Of a stretch of DNA of 64,000 nt, positions 54,917 through 64,000 are shown piece by piece. The notes under the pieces were generated by a model. It worked only from the letters and a program-made list of their open reading frames with translations, was not told where the DNA came from and made no database searches. The position numbers and the translations under genes are program-made. This stretch comes from Bdellovibrionales bacterium. Its GTDB lineage: Bacteria; Bdellovibrionota; Bdellovibrionia; Bdellovibrionales; CAYMLA01. The number at the start of each line of letters is the position of its first letter. Positions within the stretch are counted from its first letter, which is position 1. The stretch is taken from assembly GCA_965217115.1 (NCBI GenBank), contig OZ244239.1, forward strand, positions 896,001 through 960,000, read 5' to 3'.

Positions 54917-54958
54917 ATTTCGTTTTTTCAGAACTAATAATGGTCTAAATGGAGCTTC

Positions 54959-55750
54959 TCATCTAACTGGGGATGGTGAAAATAGATGAAACTTTCCACC
55001 ACTATCATTCAAACAATAAATTTGTGACTCTTTTCCCCAAAATCCTAAATTAACCGAATGAACTCTACGACCTGCAAACTCAAAATTATACTCATCCCGC
55101 ACATGCACGTGCCCTGTGAAAATATAATCAAACTCTTTATTTGATCCTTTTATTTCTTCACATAGATTATGAGCGTAACTACGAATTAACTTCAAAGCCT
55201 GGGCTTCATTGAAATTATGCTTTTTTTCTTGTCTCAAACGACTAGCTTTACTCAATCTCTCTCCGATCGATGAAACCACTGAACCTGGCAGAGAAAATAA
55301 AATTATTTTTATAAAAGAACTCCGTATAAATCGACGCCAACGTAGGTAACTAGTATCATTTGAATTTATTAAATCTCCGTGCTCTGCCCGGACTCTAAAA
55401 GAGCCCAGACGAAAGTGAGCTTCATTCGAATGAACAGTCACCCCTAACTCTTCTTGCCAATAAGACCGCAAATGAAAATCGTGATTGCCCTCGAAGAAAT
55501 GAATCTCAATTTCTTTCTTTTTTACTTCCTTTATCAAAGAAATCAACTCAGCATATTTTTTTATGAAATAAGAGTGATCGGCAATCCAAAGATCAAAAAT
55601 ATCTCCCAATAAAAATACATGGGTTGCCTTTAATTCTCCAGATACGATAGAACGAAAAAAATGCAGCAGAGTTTTTCCATTACGCTCATTAAGGTCATTT
55701 AAGTGAATATCTGATAAAAACCAAGCTTGCAAAAAACTAAAGTTCTCCAT
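54959..55750 (-). CDS. lpxH: UDP-2,3-diacylglucosamine diphosphatase
   Basis: SDIHL, LGDIFD, EGNHDF, HGD, GHVH, NLGFW. Confidence 0.85.
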   Translation of the reverse strand: MENFSFLQAWFLSDIHLNDLNERNGKTLLHFFRSIVSGELKATHVFLLGDIFDLWIADHSYFIKKYAELISLIKEVKKKEIEIHFFEGNHDFHLRSYWQEELGVTVHSNEAHFRLGSFRVRAEHGDLINSNDTSYLRWRRFIRSSFIKIILFSLPGSVVSSIGERLSKASRLRQEKKHNFNEAQALKLIRSYAHNLCEEIKGSNKEFDYIFTGHVHVRDEYNFEFAGRRVHSVNLGFWGKESQIYCLNDSGGKFHLFSPSPVR

Positions 55751-57041
55751 CTACCTCATTCGGTTTACGTCGAAGATAAGAAGGTACATCTAAATCATCG
55801 CTATCTGTAAAAGAAAACTCTATATTTTCTACTAATTCCTCTTTAGTTCCGCGAAAAGTCTTCGCTTTTTCTAAAAGAATATCTCTGGGCAGAGCATCTT
55901 TCTTTTCCTGATAGATTTCAGGAGTTTTATTTTCAATCTGATGATATTGACCGTCTTTAGAAGACAATCCCTTACTCAGTATCTGAAATCCATCTCCCTC
56001 GCCCATCTGTTCAAGAACCTGAGTTTGACTATCCGTGAGGGTTTTCTGCATTTCTTTCATTTGATCAGATGCCTCTTTATGACTCTCATCACCAAACCCT
56101 GTGGCAATAACCGTCACGCTCACTGCATCTCCAATATTCTCATCAATCACTGCACCGAAAATAATTTCAGCATCCTCATGGGCTGCCTCCGTAATTAACG
56201 TCGAAGCTTCGTTGACTTCAAAAAGACTTAGCTCAGATCCACCTGTAACATTTATAATAATGCCCGTTGCCCCTTCGATGGCAACATTCTCAAGTAGTGG
56301 GGAAGATATCGCCATTGTCGCCGCTTCCACTGCACGATTATCACCTTCGGCTACTCCTGTACCCATAATGGCCACGCCCTTTGTTTCCATCACAGTGCGA
56401 ATGTCGGCAAAATCCAAATTAATCAAGCCACGAATATTAATAAGATCCGAAATTCCCTTAACCGCTTGATGAAGAACCTCATCCGCTTTCTTAAAAGTCT
56501 CAAGCAAAGGAGTTCTCTCTCCAGAAATAGACAAAAGCTTTTGATTAGGAATCACAATCAAAGTGTCCACATTTTCTTTTAATTCTTTAAGACCCATTTG
56601 AGCATGCTTTTGCCTTTTCTTTCCTTCAAAAATAAATGGGCGAGTGACGACACCGATTGTCAACGCTCCCATTTCTTTAGCTATTTTCGCCACAATCGGA
56701 GCGCCACCAGTTCCTGTTCCACCGCCCATTCCTGCAGTGACAAAAACCATATCAGCCCCTTCAAGCTGCTGAGCAATCTCATTGTAGGACTCGATCGCTG
56801 CTTTTTTTCCAATTTCAGGGTTAGCTCCAGCGCCCAAGCCCTTCGTTAACTCACTTCCCAATTGAACTTTTCCCTCTGAACTACTGGCATCCAAAGCCTG
56901 AATATCTGTATTAGCCACAACAAATCCAACACCTGTCATTCCCATTTTAATCATCGTGTTCACAGCGTTGCTTCCGCCGCCACCAACACCAACAACTTTA
57001 ATATTCGCACCTATACTGGTATTTTCTTCCAATTCAAACAT
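55737..57041 (-). CDS. ftsZ: Cell division protein FtsZ
   Basis: [24 protein letters not shown]-terminal LDVPSYLRR. Confidence 0.99.
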   Translation of the reverse strand: MFELEENTSIGANIKVVGVGGGGSNAVNTMIKMGMTGVGFVVANTDIQALDASSSEGKVQLGSELTKGLGAGANPEIGKKAAIESYNEIAQQLEGADMVFVTAGMGGGTGTGGAPIVAKIAKEMGALTIGVVTRPFIFEGKKRQKHAQMGLKELKENVDTLIVIPNQKLLSISGERTPLLETFKKADEVLHQAVKGISDLINIRGLINLDFADIRTVMETKGVAIMGTGVAEGDNRAVEAATMAISSPLLENVAIEGATGIIINVTGGSELSLFEVNEASTLITEAAHEDAEIIFGAVIDENIGDAVSVTVIATGFGDESHKEASDQMKEMQKTLTDSQTQVLEQMGEGDGFQILSKGLSSKDGQYHQIENKTPEIYQEKKDALPRDILLEKAKTFRGTKEELVENIEFSFTDSDDLDVPSYLRRKPNEVDGEL

Positions 57042-57059
57042 TATCACCCTCCTGGGTTA

Positions 57060-58292
57060 TTACTCCATCACATTCAAAAAATTAAACAGCTTACGTTTTA
57101 ATCCTAAAACTCCATCTCCCAATTTTGATTCCCGCTCCTCTTTTACGCCATTCTGCCTTTGCCCATAAAACAACAAACCAATAGCCGTCGCATAATCAGA
57201 GGACTTCACGACATCGGTCAACCCTCCAACCTTGATCGGTTGGGCTAAACGAAAAGGGATGTCAAACATAAACTCTCCCATCTCCTCCAAACCTGAAAGC
57301 TCACTAGCTCCGCCCGTCAAAACAATACCCGATCCTAAATCCTTAAAAAAACCACTGCTAACAATATCTTTCTTTATCAATTCTAGTGTCTCTTCAGCTC
57401 GTGGTTCTAAAATACTACAAAGGTTTTTTCGTAGAATACTTCGAGATTGGCGACCGCCAACTCCTTCAACATCAATCATCTCTTCATCATTCAACATTTC
57501 TGTCAAAGCACAGCCATATTTCTTTTTTAATTTTTCAGCATTTTGTTGAGGAGTTCTCAAGCCCACTGCTAAATCATGAGTAAAATGTTCTCCACCCACT
57601 GGTAACACAGAAGTATAAGCCACACTGCCATTAGCATAGACAATGGTACCACAACTCCCACCACCCATATTCACTAATGCCACGCCTAGATTTTTTTCAT
57701 CTTCACTCACTGTTGCCAATGACGATGCCAGTTGATCTAAGACTAAGCCTGCTATTTTTAAATTTGCTTTTTCAGTGCACTTAATAGCATTTTGACTAGC
57801 TGTTCTTCCGCTGGTCACAATATGGACAGACGCTTCAAGACGAATGCCCGACATCCCGATAGGGTCCCAAATCCCCCCTTGTTCATCAACTTTGTACTCT
57901 CTGGGTAAAACATGTAAAACATCGCGATCTGTTGGCACTGCCACTGCTTTTGCCGCCTCCAACACACGGTCAATATCCTGCTCACTCACTTCCTGATTTT
58001 TTATGGCAATCATTCCTTTAGAATCAAAGGATTTTACATGTGTTCCTGATATGCTCAACCATACCTCGCCCACATCATAGCCAGACATTAATTCAGCTTC
58101 TTCTTTCGCCCTAGTGATTGCCTCTGTTGTTGCATCAATATTAACAACTACGCCTTGACGCATTCCCGTGTTGGAAGCTGTTCCAACTCCCACGACATCT
58201 AAACCATTTTCTCCAATGACACCAACAACAAGAACCACCTTTGTGGTTCCAATATCAAGACCTGCAATAATCGGCTGAATCCGTTTAGCCAT
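57060..58292 (-). CDS. ftsA: Cell division protein FtsA
   Basis: GLDIGTTK, GGEHFTHD, VLTGGAS, YATAIGLL. Confidence 0.98.
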   Translation of the reverse strand: MAKRIQPIIAGLDIGTTKVVLVVGVIGENGLDVVGVGTASNTGMRQGVVVNIDATTEAITRAKEEAELMSGYDVGEVWLSISGTHVKSFDSKGMIAIKNQEVSEQDIDRVLEAAKAVAVPTDRDVLHVLPREYKVDEQGGIWDPIGMSGIRLEASVHIVTSGRTASQNAIKCTEKANLKIAGLVLDQLASSLATVSEDEKNLGVALVNMGGGSCGTIVYANGSVAYTSVLPVGGEHFTHDLAVGLRTPQQNAEKLKKKYGCALTEMLNDEEMIDVEGVGGRQSRSILRKNLCSILEPRAEETLELIKKDIVSSGFFKDLGSGIVLTGGASELSGLEEMGEFMFDIPFRLAQPIKVGGLTDVVKSSDYATAIGLLFYGQRQNGVKEERESKLGDGVLGLKRKLFNFLNVME

Positions 58293-58381
58293 TTTTCCTC
58301 TCTAGACCGAGAATTCTTCTCTGGTCTGCTGTACACTCTTTTGATGCATTAACGCCTAAAACTCACAAGACTAGGTAAAGA

Positions 58382-59137
58382 TTAAGGTTTTTTACGCAGC
58401 TTGACAAGAACTTTTTTTGAAAACCTAGCATCAATAACTCGACCTCTAACCTGATGAGATTCCATGTATTCAAGAACTCGGTTGACTCTTTTTATTTTTC
58501 CCGCAACTGGACCTTGGCCCATGATTACTTTTGTTCCACTCCCTATAAGTGATAACCAGAACCCTTCTTTATCATTGTACTCAATATCAGAAACCTTCTC
58601 TTTTGTTAACAAACCCTCCTTTGGCAAAGCTTTCAAGAACTCAATAGCCTTCTGACGAAGGGCTTGTTGTTTTTCTAAAGATTCTCCACGCAACACAACC
58701 AAGTCAAGCGAACCCGCTTCTTTTGTCGTCTCTAAAAGCCCCCCCCCTTCCATCACAGGATTTAAGCTTCCATTTTTGTTGAAAAGAACCGTCGCCACTC
58801 CTTTTGCCGTAATAGAAATCTCCAAAGTATCTGGCCAATGCCTTGATAGAACCACCGAATTCACCCAATGCTCTGCTAACACCTCGTCACGGATAGTTTT
58901 TAATTTTAATTTTAATAGCGATTGCCCCTCTAATTTTTCTAACTTTAATTGAAGCTGTGACATTTTTTTCTGCACCAATACATCTACCTGCGAACGGTTC
59001 GCTTGGTGGATGAAAATTTCTTTTAAGTTAAAGAGACTTTGTCCATCCAACCAATAAAGAATTCCCGCCAAACTCGACCCAACAAGTACAGCTAAAAAAG
59101 AAAATAAAAATAATCGTTTAAATAGAATCTTTCCCAT
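58382..59137 (-). CDS. ftsQ: Cell division protein FtsQ/DivIB
   Basis: TM, POTRA-like WVNSVVLSRHWPDTLEI, IDARF; position upstream of ftsA. Confidence 0.85.
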   Translation of the reverse strand: MGKILFKRLFLFSFLAVLVGSSLAGILYWLDGQSLFNLKEIFIHQANRSQVDVLVQKKMSQLQLKLEKLEGQSLLKLKLKTIRDEVLAEHWVNSVVLSRHWPDTLEISITAKGVATVLFNKNGSLNPVMEGGGLLETTKEAGSLDLVVLRGESLEKQQALRQKAIEFLKALPKEGLLTKEKVSDIEYNDKEGFWLSLIGSGTKVIMGQGPVAGKIKRVNRVLEYMESHQVRGRVIDARFSKKVLVKLRKKP

Positions 59138-59280
59138 AACCTAAGAATATTCTAAGGCAATCATGAAGAAAATACTCTCAACAATTAAATTTCATATCAA
59201 AATATTCGACTATAGACCTGAAAAAAGGCTCTTCACCTTTCTCTCGTTAAACTTAGCTAAGTTATAAAATAAAAAGTCCT

Positions 59281-60189
59281 TTAAAAGCCCATTAAGACAA
59301 CTTCGCTCTCAAGAGTGATCCCTTTTTTCTCTTTAATCGTTTTGCAAACGTAATCAATCAGATCAGCAATATTCTGAGCAGAAGCCTCTCCTGTGTTAAT
59401 AATAAAATTGGCATGCTTTTTTGAAACCTTCGCTCCACCTATTGAATATCCTTTCAAACCACAGTCCTCAATCAATGCCCCTGAAGAAAAACCTTCTGGA
59501 TTTCTAAATACAGAACCACAACTCGGTTTGTCTAAAGGCTGTTTAGACATTCTTTTCTTATTGGCTTCAAATACTAATTTCTTAATTTCATCCCTCGGCT
59601 TATTAGGCCACTTCAATCCAACACGCACAATGATCCCTGGTTGCCATCCACTGCAATCACGATACTGCCATCGTAAATCAGATTTCCGGTAACGCTTAAT
59701 ATGTGATTTTTCATTTTTACTCCACTTTAAAACATCCACCCATTCAATGATTTCTACAAATTCACGGGGAACCAATTCCTCTCTGACACCTGCATTCATC
59801 ACTACACCACCACCAGTATTTCCAGGTAATCCAGTCAAAAACAATGCAGGAGACAAGCTTTTCTTTAGATAATAGCGCATTACCTCAAATTTAGGCGTTC
59901 CCGACATAACAGAAAGGACATAGTCATCACCTACAATATTCTCATCTATTCCAATGAGATTCTTTGTTGAAACAACTAAACCTTTAATCCCTGCATCGCT
60001 AATCAGAACATTCGTACCACCACCTAATATTGTAATTAATTGTTTATTTTCTAAGGCCCAATCAACCACTTCTTTGAATTGCGCAATACTTTGTGGCTGA
60101 CAAAAAAACTCACTCATTCCTCCCACCTTCCAAGAAGTGTAGGGAGCTAAACAAATATTTTCTTGTATACAACTCAGTTTCAAACTCAT
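59281..60189 (-). CDS. murB: UDP-N-acetylenolpyruvoylglucosamine reductase
   Basis: TSWKVGG, GGGTNVL, MNAG, GSVFRNP, KHANFIIN. Confidence 0.95.
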   Translation of the reverse strand: MSLKLSCIQENICLAPYTSWKVGGMSEFFCQPQSIAQFKEVVDWALENKQLITILGGGTNVLISDAGIKGLVVSTKNLIGIDENIVGDDYVLSVMSGTPKFEVMRYYLKKSLSPALFLTGLPGNTGGGVVMNAGVREELVPREFVEIIEWVDVLKWSKNEKSHIKRYRKSDLRWQYRDCSGWQPGIIVRVGLKWPNKPRDEIKKLVFEANKKRMSKQPLDKPSCGSVFRNPEGFSSGALIEDCGLKGYSIGGAKVSKKHANFIINTGEASAQNIADLIDYVCKTIKEKKGITLESEVVLMGF

Positions 60190-61553
60190 GATTTTTTTAA
60201 ACAGCTTTTTAATTCTGCTCCAAATTTCCAACCATCACCTGCCCCAAGAGTTAAATAGACATCGCCCTCTTTAATTATCTTCTGACTTTCTATCAAGACA
60301 TGATCCCTTGGAATATAACACACATCTGGGTGAGATATTGCCTCAGAAAGCATCTTTCCCGTCACTCCATCTATGGGAGTTTCAGCACCAGGATAAATAT
60401 CTGTTACTATGACTTGATCAGCCAACTCAAAACACTGAGTGAATTCATGCCACATATTCTGTGTCCTCGTATAACGATGGGGCTGAAACATCACAACTAG
60501 CCTCTTACTATTGCTAAATTTTTCCTTAAACCCCTGCAATGTCGCGCGAATTTCCGTTGGATGATGAGCGTAATCATCATAAAAAAGTACGCCCTTCTCT
60601 TCACCTCTAAATTCAAATCGTCTTCCTACCCCTGTAAATTTTCCCACTCCTTCAATACAAGTTTCAAAACTAATTCCAGAAGATAAACCACAGACAATTG
60701 CAGCTAAAGCATTCAGAGCATTATGACGGCCAGGAAGAGAAACTAAAAAAAATCCTAAACTCTTCTTTAACCCTCCACTATGAGAACGGTAAACTTCATA
60801 TTTTCCTTTTTCACCCTTAATATAAAAATCATTCTCTTTTTCAAAACCGTAAAACAACATCTTCTTAGGAAACTCTTTAAATAACTCCCGCACTCGATGA
60901 TCATCACCACAAACAATCGCTAACCCATAAAAAGGAACTTTCAAGGTGAATTCATAAAATGCTTTCTGTAAATTTTGAAAAGATTTGTAATGATCCAAAT
61001 GGTCTACGTCAATATTAGTCACCACAGCAATCTCTGGAGTTAATTTAGAAAAGCTTCCATCGCTCTCATCAGCCTCAGCAATAATCCATTCACCTTGACC
61101 CAACATTGCCGTGGACTTAATTAAATCTAAGCGTCCGCCAACCACAATTGTCGGGTCCGTCTCAGCTTGTAAAAAAATCGACGCCATAATACTCGTTGTT
61201 GTCGTCTTACCGTGGGTTCCTGCAATAGCAATTCCCCGTTTAGAACGCATGATTTCCGCCAAAGCCTCCGCCCGTGGAATTACAGATATCCCCTGTTTTT
61301 GCGCTTCAACTATCTCTGCATTACTCTCTTTAACGGCACTCGAATAAACGACAACATCAATATTTTTAATAAATTTTTTTTCATGCCCTTGAAAAATTCT
61401 AACTCCTATCTCCTGTAAATACTTTGTCTGTGTATTGACAGATAAGTCACTCCCCTGAACAAAAGCACCCATATTATGTAGAAGTTCCGCCAAACCACAC
61501 ATTCCTATGCCACCAATACCTACAAAATGAAAACGAGCTTTTGTTAATTTCAC
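60186..61553 (-). CDS. murC: UDP-N-acetylmuramate--L-alanine ligase
   Basis: GIGGIGM, GTHGKTTT, EADESD, DDYAHHPTE. Confidence 0.98.
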   Translation of the reverse strand: MKLTKARFHFVGIGGIGMCGLAELLHNMGAFVQGSDLSVNTQTKYLQEIGVRIFQGHEKKFIKNIDVVVYSSAVKESNAEIVEAQKQGISVIPRAEALAEIMRSKRGIAIAGTHGKTTTTSIMASIFLQAETDPTIVVGGRLDLIKSTAMLGQGEWIIAEADESDGSFSKLTPEIAVVTNIDVDHLDHYKSFQNLQKAFYEFTLKVPFYGLAIVCGDDHRVRELFKEFPKKMLFYGFEKENDFYIKGEKGKYEVYRSHSGGLKKSLGFFLVSLPGRHNALNALAAIVCGLSSGISFETCIEGVGKFTGVGRRFEFRGEEKGVLFYDDYAHHPTEIRATLQGFKEKFSNSKRLVVMFQPHRYTRTQNMWHEFTQCFELADQVIVTDIYPGAETPIDGVTGKMLSEAISHPDVCYIPRDHVLIESQKIIKEGDVYLTLGAGDGWKFGAELKSCLKKS

Positions 61554-61565
61554 CTAAATACCAAC

Positions 61566-62654
61566 CTATTGATTCAATAACTTATCAGCTATCTTTAATG
61601 CCGCCTCAGGAATATACATCTCTCGAGCACTTTCTCCCATCTTTTTCAATAAAGAAGGATTTTGTACAAAAAATTCTATTTTTTCAACTAATATTTTCCC
61701 CGTTAAGTCTTTCTGCAGGATCATCTCTGCCGCTTGCTGATTCACCAACTCCTGAGCATTTTTTCTTTGATGATCGTCCGCTGCTGTTGGCAAAGGAATA
61801 ATCACCGCTGGTCTACCTGCCGCCATCAATTCAGCCATCGTCGACGCTCCCCCTCGACAAATTACCAAATCAGCCCACTCTAAACACTCTGACATATCAT
61901 GAAGATAGCTTCTCACATTCACAAATGAAAATTTCTCTGCGTATACCGCCTTCATCTTAACAAAATTTCTTTGCCCTGTTTGATGAATTAAACTCACTTC
62001 TATGTTCTTTAAAGCCAATTCACTACAAACCTCATAAACTACTTCATTAATAATAGTTGCCCCTTGGCTTCCTCCAAAAACCAATATTTTTAACGCTTTA
62101 TTTTCTTCCATTACCTTATCTTTCATTTTAGAAACCAATTCAATTTCTCTTCTAACAGGTAATCCAACTCTCTCCACTCTCCGTGTTTTCAAATACTCAG
62201 CTGCTTTGTCGAAAACAACAAATGAACGCCGAACAAAGAAAGAAAGAATACGATTTGTCAGTCCTGGAAATGCATTTGGCTCCCACAAAAAAGTTCGCCT
62301 ACCCAATAAAGAAGCCATCAAAACAAAAGGGCCAGAGGCATACCCTCCCACACCTAAAACAGCCACAGGTTTTAAAATACAAATTAAATAAATACTCTTA
62401 CAAAACGCTACAGGTAAGAAAAATAACGTTTTTGTTTTAGACCATAAACCACCACTATGGTTCAGCTTCCCTACTTTCAACAAATGAAGATCAAAACCTT
62501 CTTGAGGAAGAATTCTCTCCTCCAAACCACCATAAGCTCCAACAAAATGAATTTTTATCTCTTTATTTGAACGATCTTCCAAGGAACGAGCTATGGCAAC
62601 GCCTGGGTAGATGTGACCTCCAGTCCCGCCCCCTGCAATAACTATGTTTTTCAA
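61566..62654 (-). CDS. murG: Lipid II GlcNAc transferase
   Basis: GGGTGGH, GGYAS, EPNAFPG, GGSQGA, HQRKNA. Confidence 0.98.
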   Translation of the reverse strand: MKNIVIAGGGTGGHIYPGVAIARSLEDRSNKEIKIHFVGAYGGLEERILPQEGFDLHLLKVGKLNHSGGLWSKTKTLFFLPVAFCKSIYLICILKPVAVLGVGGYASGPFVLMASLLGRRTFLWEPNAFPGLTNRILSFFVRRSFVVFDKAAEYLKTRRVERVGLPVRREIELVSKMKDKVMEENKALKILVFGGSQGATIINEVVYEVCSELALKNIEVSLIHQTGQRNFVKMKAVYAEKFSFVNVRSYLHDMSECLEWADLVICRGGASTMAELMAAGRPAVIIPLPTAADDHQRKNAQELVNQQAAEMILQKDLTGKILVEKIEFFVQNPSLLKKMGESAREMYIPEAALKIADKLLNQ

Positions 62655-63820
62655 AGTTTTGCTCTATAAGAAGATGATCGTCGGGAAGATGAACGTGCTG
62701 GCTTTCGTGTCACTAATCTCTCCAAATTCATTAACAATCCCATACAAAATGCCATCATTAACAAGGAGCTTCCTCCATAACTAATAAATGGTAAAGTTAA
62801 GCCCTTTGTAGGCAATATCCCTAAAACTACGCCTGTATTAATAAATACATTCAATGTAAAAGTCATCGTTAAACCAACAGCCAATGCCTTAGGAAAAATC
62901 TCTTTCAATTTAAAAGACAGCTGAAAACCTCTGAAAATTACAAAGCCATAAAGTACCATGATAACTAAAAAACCAATAAACCCTGTCTCTTCACCCAAAA
63001 CAGCCAATGTGAAATCTGTATGTGCTTCAGGTAAATAAAATAGCTTCCCCTGCCCTTGACCTAAACCACTACCAAACATCCCCCCTGAGTGAAAGGTCAA
63101 CATACTTTGGATAACCTGAAAACCTTTCTCCTGCGCGTCTGCCCACGGGTCAACAAAGGCTAGCATTCTAGATTTTCGATAGGGGACCTTCATCACCAGA
63201 AAATAGAATAAAGGAATTATTGCTAGGATAGCTCCAAAAATAAAACGCCATTTCAAACCGAAAGCAAAAAGCACAGCCACAGCTACAAACATACAAATTG
63301 CAAAAGAACCAAAATCAGGTTGTTTCAAAAGCAGCAACAACGGTGTGAAAAAAACAACTGCCTTCACTCCCCAATCTACCCAAATATTTTTATGCAAAGG
63401 CTTAGAGGAAGCCAGGCAAGTCGCCAAAAACAGACTCAACGCAATCTTTAAAAGTTCTGAGGGTTCAAATCTCAAACCCCAGGGAAGACTTATCCATCGC
63501 AAAGACCCTCCTACCTTTACTCCTATGCCAGGAATAAATGTAGCTATCATACAAAAAACTGCTAAAACCCAAAGAGTCCAACCCCATTTTTGAATCCACT
63601 TAAAGGGAATATTAGAAGTTAATAACAGCACCCCTATAGCCAAAATGCTAAAAACAGCTTGTTTTTTAAAGAAATAAAACCCATCTCCTAAAGATTCTAG
63701 AGCATATATAAAGCTCGAACTATAAACTTGTACTAGACCAATGCCTATAAGAGCGATCACAACCGTTAAAAGCCCACGATTATTTTTCTGCAACCTCTCC
63801 CCCCCCAAGCTGGCGTACAT
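62651..63820 (-). CDS. ftsW: SEDS protein FtsW
   Basis: EPSELLK, QPDFG, LPEAHTDF, PTKGLTLPFISYGGSS. Confidence 0.96.
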   Translation of the reverse strand: MYASLGGERLQKNNRGLLTVVIALIGIGLVQVYSSSFIYALESLGDGFYFFKKQAVFSILAIGVLLLTSNIPFKWIQKWGWTLWVLAVFCMIATFIPGIGVKVGGSLRWISLPWGLRFEPSELLKIALSLFLATCLASSKPLHKNIWVDWGVKAVVFFTPLLLLLKQPDFGSFAICMFVAVAVLFAFGLKWRFIFGAILAIIPLFYFLVMKVPYRKSRMLAFVDPWADAQEKGFQVIQSMLTFHSGGMFGSGLGQGQGKLFYLPEAHTDFTLAVLGEETGFIGFLVIMVLYGFVIFRGFQLSFKLKEIFPKALAVGLTMTFTLNVFINTGVVLGILPTKGLTLPFISYGGSSLLMMAFCMGLLMNLERLVTRKPARSSSRRSSSYRAKL

Positions 63821-64000
63821 AATGCTAGTCTACTTAATTGTAGCGTAAATCAACTGTAACGTAAATTATTAATAAGCCACTCAGAAAGAATCAGGCTCAA
63901 GAAAAAGGCCAATTTCGACCCATGCTTTAAAACGATGACAATTATTTCGGGAAGGTATTAAGAAAACATGCTTAAATAGCCACAATAATCAATGAATTTC

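Noticed and set aside
58739..63806. C9 tract in ftsQ and C8 tract near the ftsW start as phase-variation sites
   Set aside because: Essential division genes, in frame, and the tracts encode ordinary Gly codons

Overview
AT-rich bacterial chromosome segment, most likely from Bdellovibrionota. This is inferred from a DgcB-like FHA-GGDEF cyclase, a CFI-box-CTERM protein and many signal-peptide hypotheticals. Most of the window is housekeeping: pssA-asd, truA-rplM-rpsI, aceE, rlmN, rfaE1, gdhA-pyrD, epmA, gcvP, rsmI, purH-mlaDFE-alr, nadB and an lpxH-ftsZAQ-murBCG-ftsW cluster. Two regions stand out. (1) At 17.6-24.0 kb, between rlmN and the 3' end of rfaE1, there is a cassette-like array with no recombinase in the window. 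It has five full and three half copies of a ~120-nt nested palindrome, six degenerate copies of the rfaE1 3' end, G-quadruplex-capable linkers, duplicated leader and tail modules with CTAG at gene ends, and a 75-bp direct repeat that brackets a LysR module exactly at stop codons. The cargo is unrelated, mostly secreted proteins, including a secreted JAB/MPN enzyme. (2) At 38.9-43.7 kb there are four tandem paralogues with a near-identical N-terminal half, an internal signal-peptidase-like AHA motif, a hypervariable hydrophobic segment right after it, and mosaic sequence relationships. No rRNA, tRNA, CRISPR array, integrase, transposase or reverse transcriptase was recognised. All calls are by eye; no searches were run.
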